The notes beneath the pieces are model-generated. The model was not told where the DNA came from and did not search any database. It saw only the letters and a program-made list of their open reading frames with translations. Made by a program: the position numbers and the translations under genes. Positions 25,901-40,680 of a stretch of 64,000 bases of DNA are shown here, piece by piece. The first letter of the stretch is position 1. Every line of letters begins with the position of its first letter. Origin of the DNA: Gnetum montanum (taxonomy: Eukaryota; Plantae; Gnetophyta); NCBI GenBank assembly GCA_015680685.1, contig MNCI01000808.1:28340-92339 (forward strand). The letters are read 5' to 3'.

Positions 25901-28275
25901 TATTTTACAACATCATTATCCTTTTTCATTTCTTTGTGTGCGTGTGTGTGTGTGTTACCCATCCTATAAGTTTTTCACCCAATAAGTGTTCTTAATGATG
26001 GTATGAACCGTTTTCCCATTGATTACTAATGTTTGGTTTTTACCTTTAAGTTATGATGTTGATACTAAGGTATGTTTCTTTTGATATGGCAGGGAATGAG
26101 TCCACTTCATCCATACATCCACAAAGTCCATGGTCTCTCTTGGCTTGGAAATGTACAGTCCCATTCTAATAAGAACTCTAACGAATCGGTGACTAGGTAT
26201 CTCTCAAACTAAGGAAGGACTCAAGGTTTGAAAAGGGTGTGACTTCAAGGGAACTTGATGCTTTTTTGTTGGCCATTCTCTTGAGTGCTTGGATGTTTTC
26301 TTCTTGGGTTTTCTTACCATTTCGATGTCACCCAATTATGAGAAGTTGAGTCAATAAAAATAAGAAGTCTTTGCATGGTGTGGTTCTCATGCATAAAAAC
26401 ATAAAAAACTAAAAAACAAAAAAAAAAAAGAGAAAGTGAGAATTCAAAGCACACCCCTTAGACAAAATAATTCCTTGGGCTACAAGCACTAGTTATGAAA
26501 AAAAAAATATATGTTCCCTCAAACTAAGGCCCTTCTAACTTCTCATTCTCTCCTCATTCATTTCATCAGAATGATGGTGGCTCTTGGATGAAGGCATTCT
26601 TGTTATTCAAGGGGATGGATTGGCCGAATGCATTGATGCGAAGTCACTGGATGTGGTTTGTTTGAGGCTAGAGTTGGAATGAGATTTACCAAGTCACATT
26701 AATCATGAAACACATGAGAGACTGTTCCTAACCTTGTTCTTGAAATTCCATTCCATTCCCTTCTCTCCATTATTTGCCTCATTTCCGGTTGTATCATTAG
26801 TGTATATTTTGGTTGACATATCATATTCTTTTTGGTAAATTCTTGTAGTTAAGACTTTAACTCTTATTCCAAAAGACATTCCTAGGGCCTATGGACTCTT
26901 CGAATGTGGGTTTCTCAGGGCATTAAGGGCATGAGCCTGCTTTGGGGAGAACCCACTGGCATTCCTATTTGGTGCATCCATTAAATTCTTTCCCTTAACA
27001 TTTTTACAATCTACTTTATTTTGTTCATTTCCATCTTGACATCGATTTCACTTATGTAATAGTTGTCTCTTTTTCTCCATCTTTCTTGTTTTTTTTCCTT
27101 TTCCATTCTCTCGCTACCGGAGGTTCGCGATTAGTCATGGGGGTATGAGGCCCAATTTTTTCGATTTTCTTCTAACCACTACACCTTCTGCAGTCATCAT
27201 TAATACATCTCCAGATCCATATCAGCCATACCACAACCCAGCCAATGGAACTTTCACTGAGGCAAGGTATCAATTTCATGATGATTCAATTACCCTTGCT
27301 AATATAAGACTGTGTTGTATGTGCAGATGGCAATCATGCAACCATGGATTGGATCTGGAGGGAACACTTGGAATGGATCGATGTTGAAGCAACTATGCAA
27401 GGAACAAGATCGATGATGTGCTTTCAGATGGATAACAAAAGGTGCAATCTTGGCATTGGTAGCAGCAGACTTCTTTTCTCTTCTCTCTTCTCTCTCAGCT
27501 GCCAAATGAGGCCTGATGTCAATGTAATAAGGTGTTCACTCTTGTTGTCATGAACACCAGTTTTTTTGTGTCTTGTAATGATGATCCATTCACATGTCAT
27601 CCCATTAGTTCCATTTAAATCAATAATCCCATACCTTCCCGATATTATTATAAGGAACTTGAGGATGAGTTTTCATTTAGTCATGGGGGTATGATGGGAT
27701 GTGATATTGCATGGGCCACGATATTGCGTACGCGATATCGTGGTGCGCCGCCAAGTCTATAAATAAAAGGTAGCTCTCCCTTGTTTTCCATTCTAGGCCT
27801 AGACCCTAGTGAAACTCTAGCAATTTTTCCCCTCTAGAGATAGATTAATTTCCATGTGCCCGCAGTAGGAACTCCAAAGTGAACAGATATTTATTCAAGC
27901 AGACATTGTACCTGAACACAAGTTTGTGTATGGAAATAAAGACGAACTTCTTGGATAAATCTTGCAATGCATGGAATAGGCTAATTAGGATTTTATTTAT
28001 TGTTATTTACTATTTATCATTTAATTGCTTTATTAGTTTATTAAATCTCTCTCAACCCTTCTCTCCTAGTTAAGTGCCTCAGTATGACCACTTCGAGCAC
28101 GTGTGTTATGCTTGGNACACCGTGACAACTACAAGTAAGTCTGGGAAGACAACAAATGATTAACCTTAAGTGTTCCATAAGGTGTGTAGGCACTTAGTCT
28201 ATGGAGTTCAACCAGATTGCCCATGCTACACTCGTATTCGTATGGTTGAGTGTAGGGGTACCTCGCCACTCATCA

Positions 28276-31200
28276 AGTATGAAGATCTCCTCAAAGGTAT
28301 CCTAGCAGCTTGCAACTTAGGAATCCAAAACATAGTGATCCAAGCTGACTCACAATTGCTAATTAACTAGGTAACCAAGGTTTACACCTATAAGGCCCAA
28401 CAACCTTATTGTGACCTGGTAAAGCACTTGCTTAAACAATTTGCAACCACTAATGTTCAATATATTTCCTAAAATGAAAATTTCATAATTAACACCTTAG
28501 AAACACTAGCCTTAAGCATTACACCTAACATGTTCCATGCATTTCCCACCTCAGTGGTGGACTACACTATGCCTATCACACAAACCACTAATATTGCATC
28601 CATAGCCACAGTAAGCACAACCCACATAGCAGAATGGTACAATGACATCAAAGCATATCTTCAATAAGGTGAACCTCCACAACATCTAACCACTACCGAA
28701 AAGGATGTAATGTGTAAACGATCATGGTAGTACATCATCATAGGTGACAACTTATTATATCGTAGATCTTACGATGGCATACTATTAACCTGCATGAGTA
28801 ATAGCAAGGCACAAACAATCGTTGAACAAGTCCATGAGGGACTATGCAGAGGTTACATTGCACCCAAGGAAATGGTAATAAAAATGAAACACTTAGGCTA
28901 TTACTAGGATTACATCAAGTGAAATTGTATCTCCAAGGTTAGAACATGTGATATTTATCAATGGCATAACAACTTAATGCACGTGCCACCAACTGAACTG
29001 CACACAAAATAGATCACATGGTCATTCCAACATTGGGGTTTGGATATCATTGGACCTATAACACCTAAGTCCTCCACAAGGCATAGCTTCATTATAACTA
29101 CAACTGAGTATTTTACCAAGTGGGTTAAGGCTATTCCCCTTAGGAAGGCAACATTACAGCAAGTTTGCAAATTTATGCTTCATAACATAGTGATACATTT
29201 TGGTTTACCCATGACCATAGTAATGGACAATAGGCCAATTTATCAGTGCTAAAACTAATACCTTTTGCAAATGTTTCAGTATTAAACATTCCTTCTTGTC
29301 ACCATACCATCCATAGGTGAATGACCAAGCAGAGGCCATAAACAAAGTCATTGTCAACCTTCTAAAGAAGATTCTCAACAGCAGCAAATGGTGATGGCAT
29401 GAGCAATTAGCTTATGCACTCTGGGCCTACCATATGACACGTAAAATAGCAATAGGTAAGACATCATATAGCCTAGTTTACAGGTCTGAAGCAATTTTTC
29501 CTCTCGAATTATAGGTTCCATCGCTCTAAGTGATCCTCTTGAACTTCATTGACAAGGCTCAAAATGATGAGTTGAGAACTGTGGACCTTGACTTTATAGA
29601 GAAGGAGCACATGCATATGCTTCATTGCATCAAATGATACTAAGAAAAGAAAATGAAAAAACACTATCACAACTAGCATTAGGGCCTAATCAAGAAAGGG
29701 GACCTAGTCCTCAAGGTTGTTTGCAAACCTGTGGACAAGTTCTCAGCCAACTGGGAAGGCCTTTCTTGGTTATGAAGGCCTATGAAAATGGAACATTTAA
29801 GCTTATTAACTAAGATGAAAATTAATGTGCCAATTTGATGAACCATTCGTACTTGAAGCTTTACTATGCCTAGTACACAGTGTTGCATCTCAATGAAGCA
29901 AGGTAAGCACAAGTCTACTATGACTATAAACTGACATAGCAAGTCCACTACAACTATAAATTGGCACAGCAAGTTTGCTATGAATATAAACTGGCACAAG
30001 TTCCCTATGACTACAAACTAGCGCAGAAGTCCACTACGATGTTAAACTAGCACAGTTCATCCTTAGGTCATGACGTTAAACTGACATAGTAGCACATCTA
30101 CTATGACATTAAATTAGCATGTAGTAATTTGCTAGGACTATAAACTAGCATGCCATGATATGCCAAGACCTTAAACTAGGCTCATATACTACTAGCACCT
30201 TAAACTAGTAAAGCACATGGTCTAACAAGACCTTAAACTGGGTTTGTGGTCCACCACACATAGTTCTATGAGCAAGCAAGTGAGAATACTTCCAACTACC
30301 CCATCCCCCACCCCCCCCCCCCCCCCCNCCACCCTCCCATCTATCTACACCTCATGGGTAGGGTGGGGACACTGTAGTCCTAAAATGGAATTATTGTTGT
30401 TAAGAAAGGCCTCTAAAAGATTTGTAGTGTTACCACACCCTAGCATTTTACTGATCTTCTAGAGCTCCCATCATCGGTGCCACCTTTGGGTAGCACTTGT
30501 AGCACTACCACATTTGGGCATTTTGCTGGTGCTTTAAGCTCCTATCATTAGGATACCCTATGGAGCACTTGTAGCATTATGACCTCTTGCCATTTTTTTT
30601 ATTTCTTTGGGCTCTTTCCATTTCTTGGACTTGGGAGCACTTGTAGCATTATGGCCCCCCACCATTTTTCTTATTTTTTTAACTCTTGTCGTTGGCATTG
30701 ACTCTCGAGCACCTACAACATCATCGTCCCAACAACTTTTTACTAATCTTTCTAGACACTTTCCACTAGTTTGACCTTCGGAACATTTGTAGCATTCTCA
30801 CCCCTAGCACCTTTACTGGCTTCCCAAACACTTGCAATTGGTTCAGCCTCCGTTGCATTTGTAGCACCCTCGCATCCAACAGTTTACTTACACTTCATTT
30901 TGTGGTTTTCTTGTCTTCTCTAAGTTGTGTTTGTAGGATAAAGCCCCAAGTCGTCATGCAAAGATGCATCTCATCACAAAAAAAGTTATGACATTGCTCT
31001 AATGTGCATGATCGGACTAGCCAAGCCACTCAAGAGTACATGGCCCTATTACCTCATCATAGCCTACTTTCATTTATTCCTTTTTCACCTTACATTCCCC
31101 CACCTTTCCCTATATTAACAAGCTTGCAAACCCCTCTAATGCACATGGCACACTCTTTAAGTCAACTGTAGAACCCAAGGCAGACATAACACAAGTCATC

Positions 31201-33519
31201 CCTTGGGAAACCTCTATGAACTTTTCAAAGCCTAGGCGGATGTAACACAAGTCATCCCAAGGAGGAAACACCTATCCTATAGGCATGACGCGGTTGCATC
31301 AAAGCAAAGCTGATCTTGCAACTAGAATTTAGCAATGTGAAAAACCCAAAGTAGGTTCACCTTGTAGCCAAAAAAGAAAAAAAAACACACAAAAAAAGAA
31401 AACAAGAAAAATCATATCCCCAAGAAAATCAGCAAAGCTACAATTTCACAACTAGTCAAACCCTGAATCCATGCTAACTCTTTCATGAGCACTTTAATGA
31501 GGGATCACAATTTCAAGGGTAAGCCATCCTGGTATCATGGACACTGACTCTCTCATGAGCATTCCAATGAGATATCAACGTTCTAGTGGCAAGCCACCTT
31601 GGTGCCATGGTCACCATTAGTCGTGCTGACCTACATCTTGCAGCATGACATCCTATTTGCATCTTACCTCCCCTACCATCCTTAGCACATTACCTGCACC
31701 CTTTACCCCTAGCATGTTGTAACCCTTAGCACTCTTGAGCATGGTGCAATGACATTTGGTCAGGTACTAATGAACGATGTTGATGCCAAGCTTACTATGG
31801 TGCTTTTTCACTCTTTGTTGATGCCTCTTGGACCACTCCTCTAAACATCAACAAAGAAGAACCAATGAAACACCATCAAATTCAGGCCACTATGTCTTCA
31901 CTAAAAATTTTTCCAAGTATCAACACAAATAAATTTTTTTAAGTGTTGAAACTACGCTTTCCATTGTTGGGACTATGCTCCAATGTGTACTCAATGTAGT
32001 CTACACAAAAGTTTAGATCTACAAGATTTTTCGAAGTGTTAAGCCAGTGGCTGCAAAGCATGGTTGGCATGGGAGAAACAGTTTGGAAAACATTCTCTAA
32101 GAGCTAGGACTATGCTCCCTACTACACTCTAAAGTGTAGTTAGCATAGTCTACATGAAGACACCAGTTTTGCAAAGTTTTTCTAACTACGAAGACTACAC
32201 TTGGGAGTGTAGTCAAGCATAGATGATTTGGAAGCTCAGTTTTTGCAAGATTTTTTTTAAGTGCTAGGGCTATGTTTACTACTATCAAAACTATGCTCTA
32301 GAGCATAGTCAATGTAGTTAGCATGTAGATGCACATTTTTGCAAAATTTTCTAACTATTGAGACTACGCTCCAAAGCGTATTCAAGCGTAGTAATTCAAA
32401 ACAACCTCCAAAGGCCTCCAGAATGCAACATTGGCATCCACATCAACTCTGATGCACCTCTCGTAAGTAGGATCAGCAAGTTTTGTCTATTTTTTGCATT
32501 CCCCATTTGTCCTCAAATTGTACCTTCGCTCAACACCACTTCACACAGTGGATCACGTAGTCTCAAAGTGTGGTCTTCAAACTTGCACTATTTTTCATTT
32601 ATTAGGTACATTGCAATCTCCTCAACACTCACACATGTAGTTTGGCAATGTAGTCATATTTTGGCAATTTTGCATGCTCTATTGGAGCACACCATATCAA
32701 AACACCATTTTCCTCAATGAAGAGTGTAATTGGGGTCAACATAGTCCCAACTATCCCACAGACACGTGGTGTCCAATCCATAATCCACGACAATCCTAAC
32801 CTTATAAATACCCTAGCATTCTACATTTTAGGGGTTGGCATTTGAGCATTTTGGTTGGCAATATTTTACATTCAGTGGGCCAAATTTAAATGCACATGGC
32901 ATTTTTAGTTAGCACCTGGTATTTCTTGGCAAGATCAGTTCAAGGCAAGAATCAGTACACCAACAAACATCTTTGCACACCACTGTTGACCATTGTAGCC
33001 CATGGGACACTATGGAAGCCAACTTGACAAGCACAAACTTCACAGTGGACATCAGTTTTTGTGGCCTTGACACCTTAAGACTATAACTACATTTCCTTCT
33101 ACACCCATTTGTACACCGCATACCTCCTCACCCTTCCTATAGTTAACTATACTCTCCTCATTTGGGGTAGCGCCACTTTCTCTCTTACTCTCTTCCTATG
33201 CATTTTTCAGCATTTTTATTCACATTCTAGCATTTTACTCACATTTCTTTCTATTTTTTCACTTAATCACACATTGGCATCTTTTTTTTTGATGGAAACC
33301 ATTAACTACACTCACCACCATTGACACTATAAAATACCATGCAAGCACTTAGCACTATTATGGCATTGCATTATGTAAGTCCCAGTTCAATCGATAAGAC
33401 CATTCTAGGCATCCCATCTTTGCCTTCAATAGGCCCTCACATGGATGCAAGGTCAAAGATGTACACCTGCAAACCTCTTGGTGTTTCCATTCCAACCACC
33501 GACATTTTCAATCGCTATA
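28276..33519 (+). mobile_element. 3' half of Tat-type element: aRH remnant, integrase (to ~29873), repeat arrays, PPT, 3' LTR (31866-33519)
   Basis: EYEDLL..ADSQLLIN (aRH), HEG..G.I..C..C-like zinc finger, DIIGP, FTKWVKAIP, DNRP, NWEGP; LTR similar to 44681-46584. Confidence 0.9.
29910..30245 (+). repeat. Decayed copy of the ~30-bp post-pol array (CTACTATGACTATAAACTGGCA)
   Basis: About 11 units, C>T/G>A versions of the 30-445 array. Confidence 0.9.
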
Positions 33520-33539
33520 ATAAGCCTTCAATCTGGCAA

Positions 33540-36500
33540 CACTTCCATGTCCAAGAAATTAGATGCTAAAGTGCCCCATCAAATGGAATGTTGGGTTTTT
33601 CTGAAAAATTAGTCAAAGCTCCATCATAACAAAAACTAACTAATTTTATAAAACCTAAAATACAATTAAAGTAATCTACTACAAAAGTCTCATGTAACCT
33701 ACATAACCTCTCACAAAGACAAAAAGCATGTAAAAATCATAAAATAGAAATGATACATACCATAAAAATATAATCATTAAAATAAAATAATGTTCATGTA
33801 TACAAACCAACCATTCCATCACATGTCCATGTCATGTCCATATCATAGCCTCTATGAGAATCTTCCAAAACTCATCCACTAGCTTAGTGCACACTGGCTA
33901 CATATAATAATATATAAATAAAATAATGTGTAATATTAAAACATGCATAAACATAATTAGTACTAAGTAACAATAATAACCAAGGTATAACATAACATCT
34001 AGACATCACAAAGCACAAGGATAAATATACTAACTATAACATTTGAAAATGCAAGTTGTTATGTCCTCCCCTCCTTAAGAATCTTCCTCCTTGAATGTCC
34101 TAGAATGGGATGATCGCATATTGGCTTGAGTTCCTGAGTCAATTCTTACGAAGAATTATGACTCCATAAGATTTTCATCATGGGAACTACCTTACTACAC
34201 AACCACTACATCATCCAATCCAAAATCTTAATGAAACACTCCACATATAAACCATAAACTTGAAGCTGTACTTCAATCCAATTGACAAAATGACTATCAT
34301 CAAAAACATACTTCCAAAGCATGGGTAAATCAAAGATATCATGCATGTTTAAAATATTTGGAAACAAACTCACACAATACACCATCTCTTCTATATGTGT
34401 GACATTCCATTCCTGAATGTCATGGAAAATGTCAAATATATGTAACATTTGACATTATGCATAAAGGAAAATATAGAGAAAGTGCAGAAAGAGAAAGAAA
34501 AGAATGCTTTATTGATGAGGAATTGAGTCTCTAGATCATGCTCTAAGAGTGTTCCTTGGAATTTTCTTCCTTTGGCATCTATCCCTTAGAGGCAATCCAA
34601 GACTACTACCATAGCTAGGCCTACAACTGGCTAGAAGGAATGGCTAGTTCACTTCCTATCCCACTTCACCCAACTTTTGTGACTTGCCTATATTGGCTGT
34701 ACCACTCCATCCTAGCATGACCTCTAAGCCTAGGTATAAATTCCTTAGGTCAAAACCCCAAAGGTTATCTTAAGAGTCACATTCATTATTACAATGCATC
34801 CTTTTGGGTCTTAATTACAATTTCCCTTTCAAGTCTTGTTACAATAACAATAACACTTGTTATGAAGTGGCACCATCTTTGTTATGCAGCAACATCATTT
34901 GGGAATGAAGACATGATAATATGTTATAGAAAATTAAATGGTCTAATATAATGAGGTGCAAGCTTACCTTTCTAATCAAAATGCATCAAGCCTTTCAATG
35001 AAGAGACATGAATAAATTCTCTTGTTACCAACCTTGAACTTGAAAGGTCTCCTCCTACAGTTTATGTAATTTTTTTGATGTTCCTAAGCTACTCACAAAT
35101 CTTTTTGATCTAATCTTTCATGTGTAAAACTATGTTCAAACTAATCCAATTTTTATTCTTGATTGAATCTCAACGTATAGAAGTACTAAAAGGCCTACTG
35201 TACAAGATGTTGTACAATATTATCTTTAAACTCACTTGGCAGTTATTGTTATAGGCAAATCTACCAATGAAAACAAGCTATCCCAATTATTTGAAAGCTA
35301 CAAAGCACAAGGCTATAGTACATCCTCTAAAACCTAATTAATTTCTCAACTTACCCTTCTATCTATAAATGATACATTAAACTTCAATTCATCCTAGTGC
35401 CAAAGCTATCCATGAATGCTTGCCGAAATCAAGAACTAAATTTAGCATCATTATAAGAGCTAGTATTGGCAATAATGCCATGCAATCAAACAATATTAGA
35501 GATGAACAACTATGCAACATCCTCTAGCTAGTTATAGTCTTCATAGCAAGGAAGTAAGCTAACTTAATAATAAGATAACAACAACAAGAATGGCATCCTT
35601 TTCACCCATAGTACAAGGTAAACCAATAATGAAATCTATACTAATCATCTCCCACTTTTATTCTAGAATAGTATGAAGGGACAAATAGCCACCTAGCTAC
35701 TAATGCTCAAGCTTAACCTAATGGTAGATTAAGCATATTATCATAAATTCTCCAACATTCTTTTTCATGCTTAGCCACCAGTACAATCTCTTTAGCATCC
35801 GATATATGTTGTCATACCAAGATGCATCTAAAGCCTACTAAAGTAAGTTTCCTCCAATACATACTACTATAAGAAATTAGGTACATACATCTAATCCTTA
35901 TGACAAAGTAATCTAAGTACATCTATTACTACCAATGAATTGCCAAATAGTCCAAGATACTCACACTCAAGATCACATTGCTCCTCTACTTAGATCTCAT
36001 CCAATACATTTAACTAAATTACTAAGCTATAAAGTTTACTAGCCACATGGTTCAATGTATACATAATAATGTTACTTTTTGCTGCCCAATATTAGATGGT
36101 AAACTTGAATTTGGATAATAAATTAATCCATTTCCTTTGACATAGATTCAACTATGGCTAATTCATTACCTACTATAGCACTTTGTAATTAGTCTAAATC
36201 ATCAACCTCTAGTTAAACAAATAGTAGTGTCAAACCTTCAAGGTAAACATCACCACTCCTAACTCGATATCATGAGTAGAATAGTGCATCTCATGAGATT
36301 TCACCTACCACAAGGCATACACTACTAATTTTTCCTATTTCATTAGACAACATCCATAACCTTCACCTAATGCATTGATGCAAACATTAAATATTTAACT
36401 TGGAGTAGGAAAAATTAAAATAGAAGTTGAAATCCTTCTACTCTTCATTTTATCAAAACTAAACTAATAACATGGATTCCAAGAGAATCCAACATCCCTC

Positions 36501-38200
36501 CGTTATAGCTTCTTGAGAGGTAAGTGATGCAAAAGAAGATTTCAATGAACCTCTTGTCATAACTTGCCAATATAAGAAAATTGTGAACCTCCCCAACAAT
36601 CTTAGGAATAGACCAATCCCAAATAGCTTATATCTTAGTAGGGTTCACCACTATACCAACTTCTAAAACAACATGGTCTAAAAACCAAATCTTATGGTAC
36701 CAAAACAAATACTTCAAAGGTTAATTAAATAACCAATTCTCTCTAAGAATCTACAATATGCTTCTTAAATGCTACACATGAAGATCCTCTAATGACCAGT
36801 ATACTTAGATGTCATTAGTGAACACAATGATAAATTAATCTACATATGATGTCATGACACTATTTATGAGATGTATGAATTTTGCATGAGCATTAGTAAG
36901 TTTTAAAAAATAGGAACTTATAATACACATACTATGTCTTGATAGTTGTCTCAGGGATATTCTACTCTTGGATAAAAACATGATGAAACCTTAACTTCAT
37001 ATAAGCTTCTTTCAACCAAATAAACAAATTTTCTATATGAAATAAAGGATAGTTCTTCATGGTCACCTAATTAAACTAAAGATAGTCAATGCACAGGCTC
37101 ATGCTATCACCCTTTTTATTGAAGAAGAAAACGAGAGCATTCAAAGGAGACATACTTTGATGAATCAAACCCGTATCTACTAGCTCTTAAAGTTAAATAT
37201 TTAGTTCTACCAACTTGAAAAATGACATCCTATGTAAAAAATTAGAGAGATATTTAGCATTAGAATTTAGAGCAATCTCAAACTCAACATCATGCCTTGG
37301 AGACAAACTAGGAAACTCTAAATAGAAGACATTAGAAAAATCACAAACAATAGAAATCTAATTAATCTTAAGTAAGAAAGAAAATTTGCTAATTAAAACT
37401 TAAAAAATAGAAAATTTTCTTTTACAAAAAGTGGTGAATAGACCTTGAATAGATAATATCCAACTTAATGTTGTATGGCCTTATATGTACATTCACCTAA
37501 ACATTATCAACTATCACCAAGAAAAGCATCTTATAACAACAACCTAGCATCCTAATAGTAAGATAACTAATATATATCTAAAATGACTTCATAATCCCCT
37601 ACACTCATGACATGAAGATCACTAAGAGAGAAGACATCTTAAATCACCAAGACTACAAGTCTATAGACTTGATTTACAGCAAGCATACTAAGACCAACAT
37701 TACACATGACAAGTTCTTGAATAAGAGGCTAACTCTTTAAACCAAACATTTAACTATACATGGATCAACAAATAAATGACTAGCATCAAGATCAAAGAAA
37801 AAATAAATTACAAAATTTAATATCATACCTCCAAAAATCCATCTTAGTGTTTTGTTAAGCATCCACTGGCTAGTCAAACAAGGCATACATGCATGCATGC
37901 ATCTTAGCATCATCCTAATCACCTATAGATTTGCCACCTTGTTGAGACCCTTCATCACTTGAATGCTTTAGATAATTGAGACTCTTGTGATCCAATTGGC
38001 ATATTTGTAGTGATTGGAGCAATCCCTATGGATGTACTCAAGCTTCCTGTAAGCATAACAAGTAATGGACCCATGAGTAGCCCATCATCTAAAGACTAAT
38101 ACTACCATCAAATCTGAAACCCTACACCTACTTAGGGCCACTAAACTTTCTAAAATATATTTGACTCCTATTTTACGAATGGTCATGCTACACTACCTCC
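33540..38200 (-). mobile_element. Highly degenerate chromovirus (Tekay-like) gag-pol with 3' LTR remnant
   Basis: Minus strand: zinc-knuckle remnant CYAYRKLEYIHRDC ~38020-38060, DLDASHLFV protease, RT remnants 36600-37200, integrase 35100-35900, PPT TAAGGAGGGGAGGA ~34064-34078. Confidence 0.8.
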
Positions 38201-38249
38201 ACCAACTAAATATACTCCAAGTCCATTGCATGAATATGTGTATTGGAGA

Positions 38250-40680
38250 AGGTTCACTCGACTAATTAATTATCTTTAAAGCACTAAATCTAGATATTCT
38301 GCAAAGGTAACTTTTGGCTTAAAAATAAGAAATCTAGCTATCTTCAATTATTTTATTAAAAGATTACAATGTCATAGATTCAAAAATCCAAGGATTTAAC
38401 ACACTCACACACTCAAACTATTTTAGAGCTTGAGGCTCTACAATCTCACAAGATTAACCTCAAAGCAAGGATCAATCTTCAAATTAGATCTAATACACAT
38501 AAATCCACAATCCCATTCAAGAGGCATAGAGTTGTAGCCAATATCACACCTACATACACTTGGTCTTAGAGATGCATGCACACATGTGCAACCTCTCTTC
38601 TAACTCCCTTCTCACCTCTCTCAAGATCTTAGGGTGTCTCTTCCCTTAGAAACTCTTTCCATGCCTTCTCTTCTACATGCTCTAGCTTCCTCTTCTTTCT
38701 CCCCTCTACTCTTTTTCCCAAGCATGGATACAAAACATGGTTATAAAGATCTAAAACCATAGGAATCTTTCCTTAATGACTCTCTAGATTTTTTTCACAT
38801 GAATCTTCACTTTGTTAGATGTTTCTCATTGAAATTGCCATGTTGGAGCTTTTCTAGATTGAACGAGATGTCTCCTAGTGTCCCCAAACATCTCCCTATC
38901 AACATGGGATGTTGTTGAGGTGTCTCACATAAACATGAGATGTCTCCTATGAGTGTGATACATCTCTCCTACATTTGAGATGTCTCATATGTACCCAAGG
39001 CATCTTCTCATCAATAAGACATCTCCTCTAAAAAAACTACAATTCGGTCTCCTGTTAAACCTCAAGTCTTAGCCAACATCTCTTGTGGACTTCCAATATG
39101 TCTTACTAGAGCTAAAAACCTACAAAAAACTTGTAGCAAAAAGCACAAGGAAATCAAAATAGGAGTTCCTACACCACCTCTCCCACCATTTAGAAAGTAA
39201 ACTTCTGTGAATAATGGAGTAGGGGTAGAAGTAATCCCCTACTCAACATGTTTGGTCTCATGGACCCATACAACATCATCACTAGAATGCTCCTCCTAAT
39301 GGATCAAGTACTCATTCCTTTTCACTCTTCAAGTGCTTGAAGCTTTCCTCTTCTTAAGTATGATAGTCTTCCTCTCTTGTGTAGGCTTGGACTACTCAAT
39401 AGCCTCCTTCAACTTATTAATGCTACCTTGTATGGTCTCCTCATTAGTAGGTCCATGATAGTACACAAGATCTGAAACATTAAAAAATAAATACATACCA
39501 ACATTATTAGCTAAGTTAATATCAAAACCATTATCATTTATTTTTACCCTAATTCTAAAAGCATACATCTTCTTGGCCTTCAACTTGGAGAAGTTTACAC
39601 CTCTCAAATTATTTTTCTATAGGTGCACCCAAACCAAGTTACCAACAATAAAATTAGGCTTTTTTACCTCTAATTCCTCTTGAGGACTCTCTCTTAAGCC
39701 TTCCTCTCAAGATCTATCTTTACTTGTGCATGAAGATCCCTCATCTCTTGCATAAAATTAGCACTGAATTGAGCTTCACCATCAAAACCTCTTCAAACTG
39801 TCCACCATCTTTGGACAAAACCCATGATTTACCTAAAAGGAACTCTTAGCAATGGTAACATGAAAAGAATTATTATATGAAAACTTAGCATGACACAACA
39901 AGTTTTCCCACCTATTTAGCTATCAGTCACATAAACGTCTTAATATTTTTAGCAAGGATTTATTCACCACTTCTGTTTGACCATTATATTATGGAAGATA
40001 TGCACTGAAAAAATTCAATTTAGTCCCTAAAAATTTATAAATGGACCTCCAAAAGTGACTTATGAACTTGGAGTCTCTATCACTAACAATATTCAAAGGA
40101 ATACCATGCAACTTTACAACATGCTAGAAAAATAAATTTAACACATGAGAAGCATCACTCACCTTCTTGCATGGAGTAAAATATGTCATATTGGAGAACC
40201 TATTCACAACAACAAAAATTGCATCATTCCCACTCTTGTTCTTTGAAATACCACTTCCAAAATTCAAACACACTTTCCCATGGACCTTTGGGAATTGGCA
40301 AAGGTATATAGTTTCCATTCACACCTTTAGCTTCTTTGAACTTCTAACATGTCAGGAACTCCTAAATAAATTTTGAAACTTTTATTCCCAAGCCAAAAAT
40401 AGTACCTACCCAAAACTTCCAATGTTTTATCTCTACCCATGTGACCTACCATGCCACTACAATTCTTTTCAAGTAAAATCCTTTTCTTAAAATCACAATT
40501 AGGAACACCTACCTTTCCATTCTTAAATAACAGTTTATCTTGAATATGATAGTCCCTTAATTGGTATATCATACTCAATAATGGCTCTTTAAGTCTCCTC
40601 TAAGCCTACCCAAAATCATCATCATGATCATACAAAGAAGCAAAATTACCCATACCTTCACCATGAGATACACTAAAATT
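38250..40680 (-). mobile_element. Chromovirus (CRM-like) integrase, PPT and 3' LTR
   Basis: GHMGRDKTL..YFW, DAIFVVVNRFSNM, SKLKAKK..KINDN..FNVSDL; PPT TGGGAGAGGTGG then LTR start TGTAGG at 39173; left LTR limit uncertain. Confidence 0.75.

Larger units (their letters stand above)
22042..28275 (+). mobile_element. Non-autonomous Athila-like element: truncated 5' LTR (22042-22213), PBS, gag, protease, no RT/RH/INT, 3' LTR (27692-28275)
   Basis: Near-identical LTR ends; PBS; retrotransposon gag and LLDSGSGVN protease motifs; no pol motifs between 25564 and PPT. Confidence 0.85.

Noticed and set aside
25613-25985. Hydrophobic F/H/T-rich ORFs resembling membrane proteins
   Set aside because: Translation of a 15-bp T-rich tandem repeat
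28117-28117. Short 3' LTR (584 bp versus ~790 bp sibling)
   Set aside because: An N marks an assembly gap; length difference is likely artefactual
30301-30335. Poly-C tract / G-quadruplex candidate
   Set aside because: Contains an N; length unreliable
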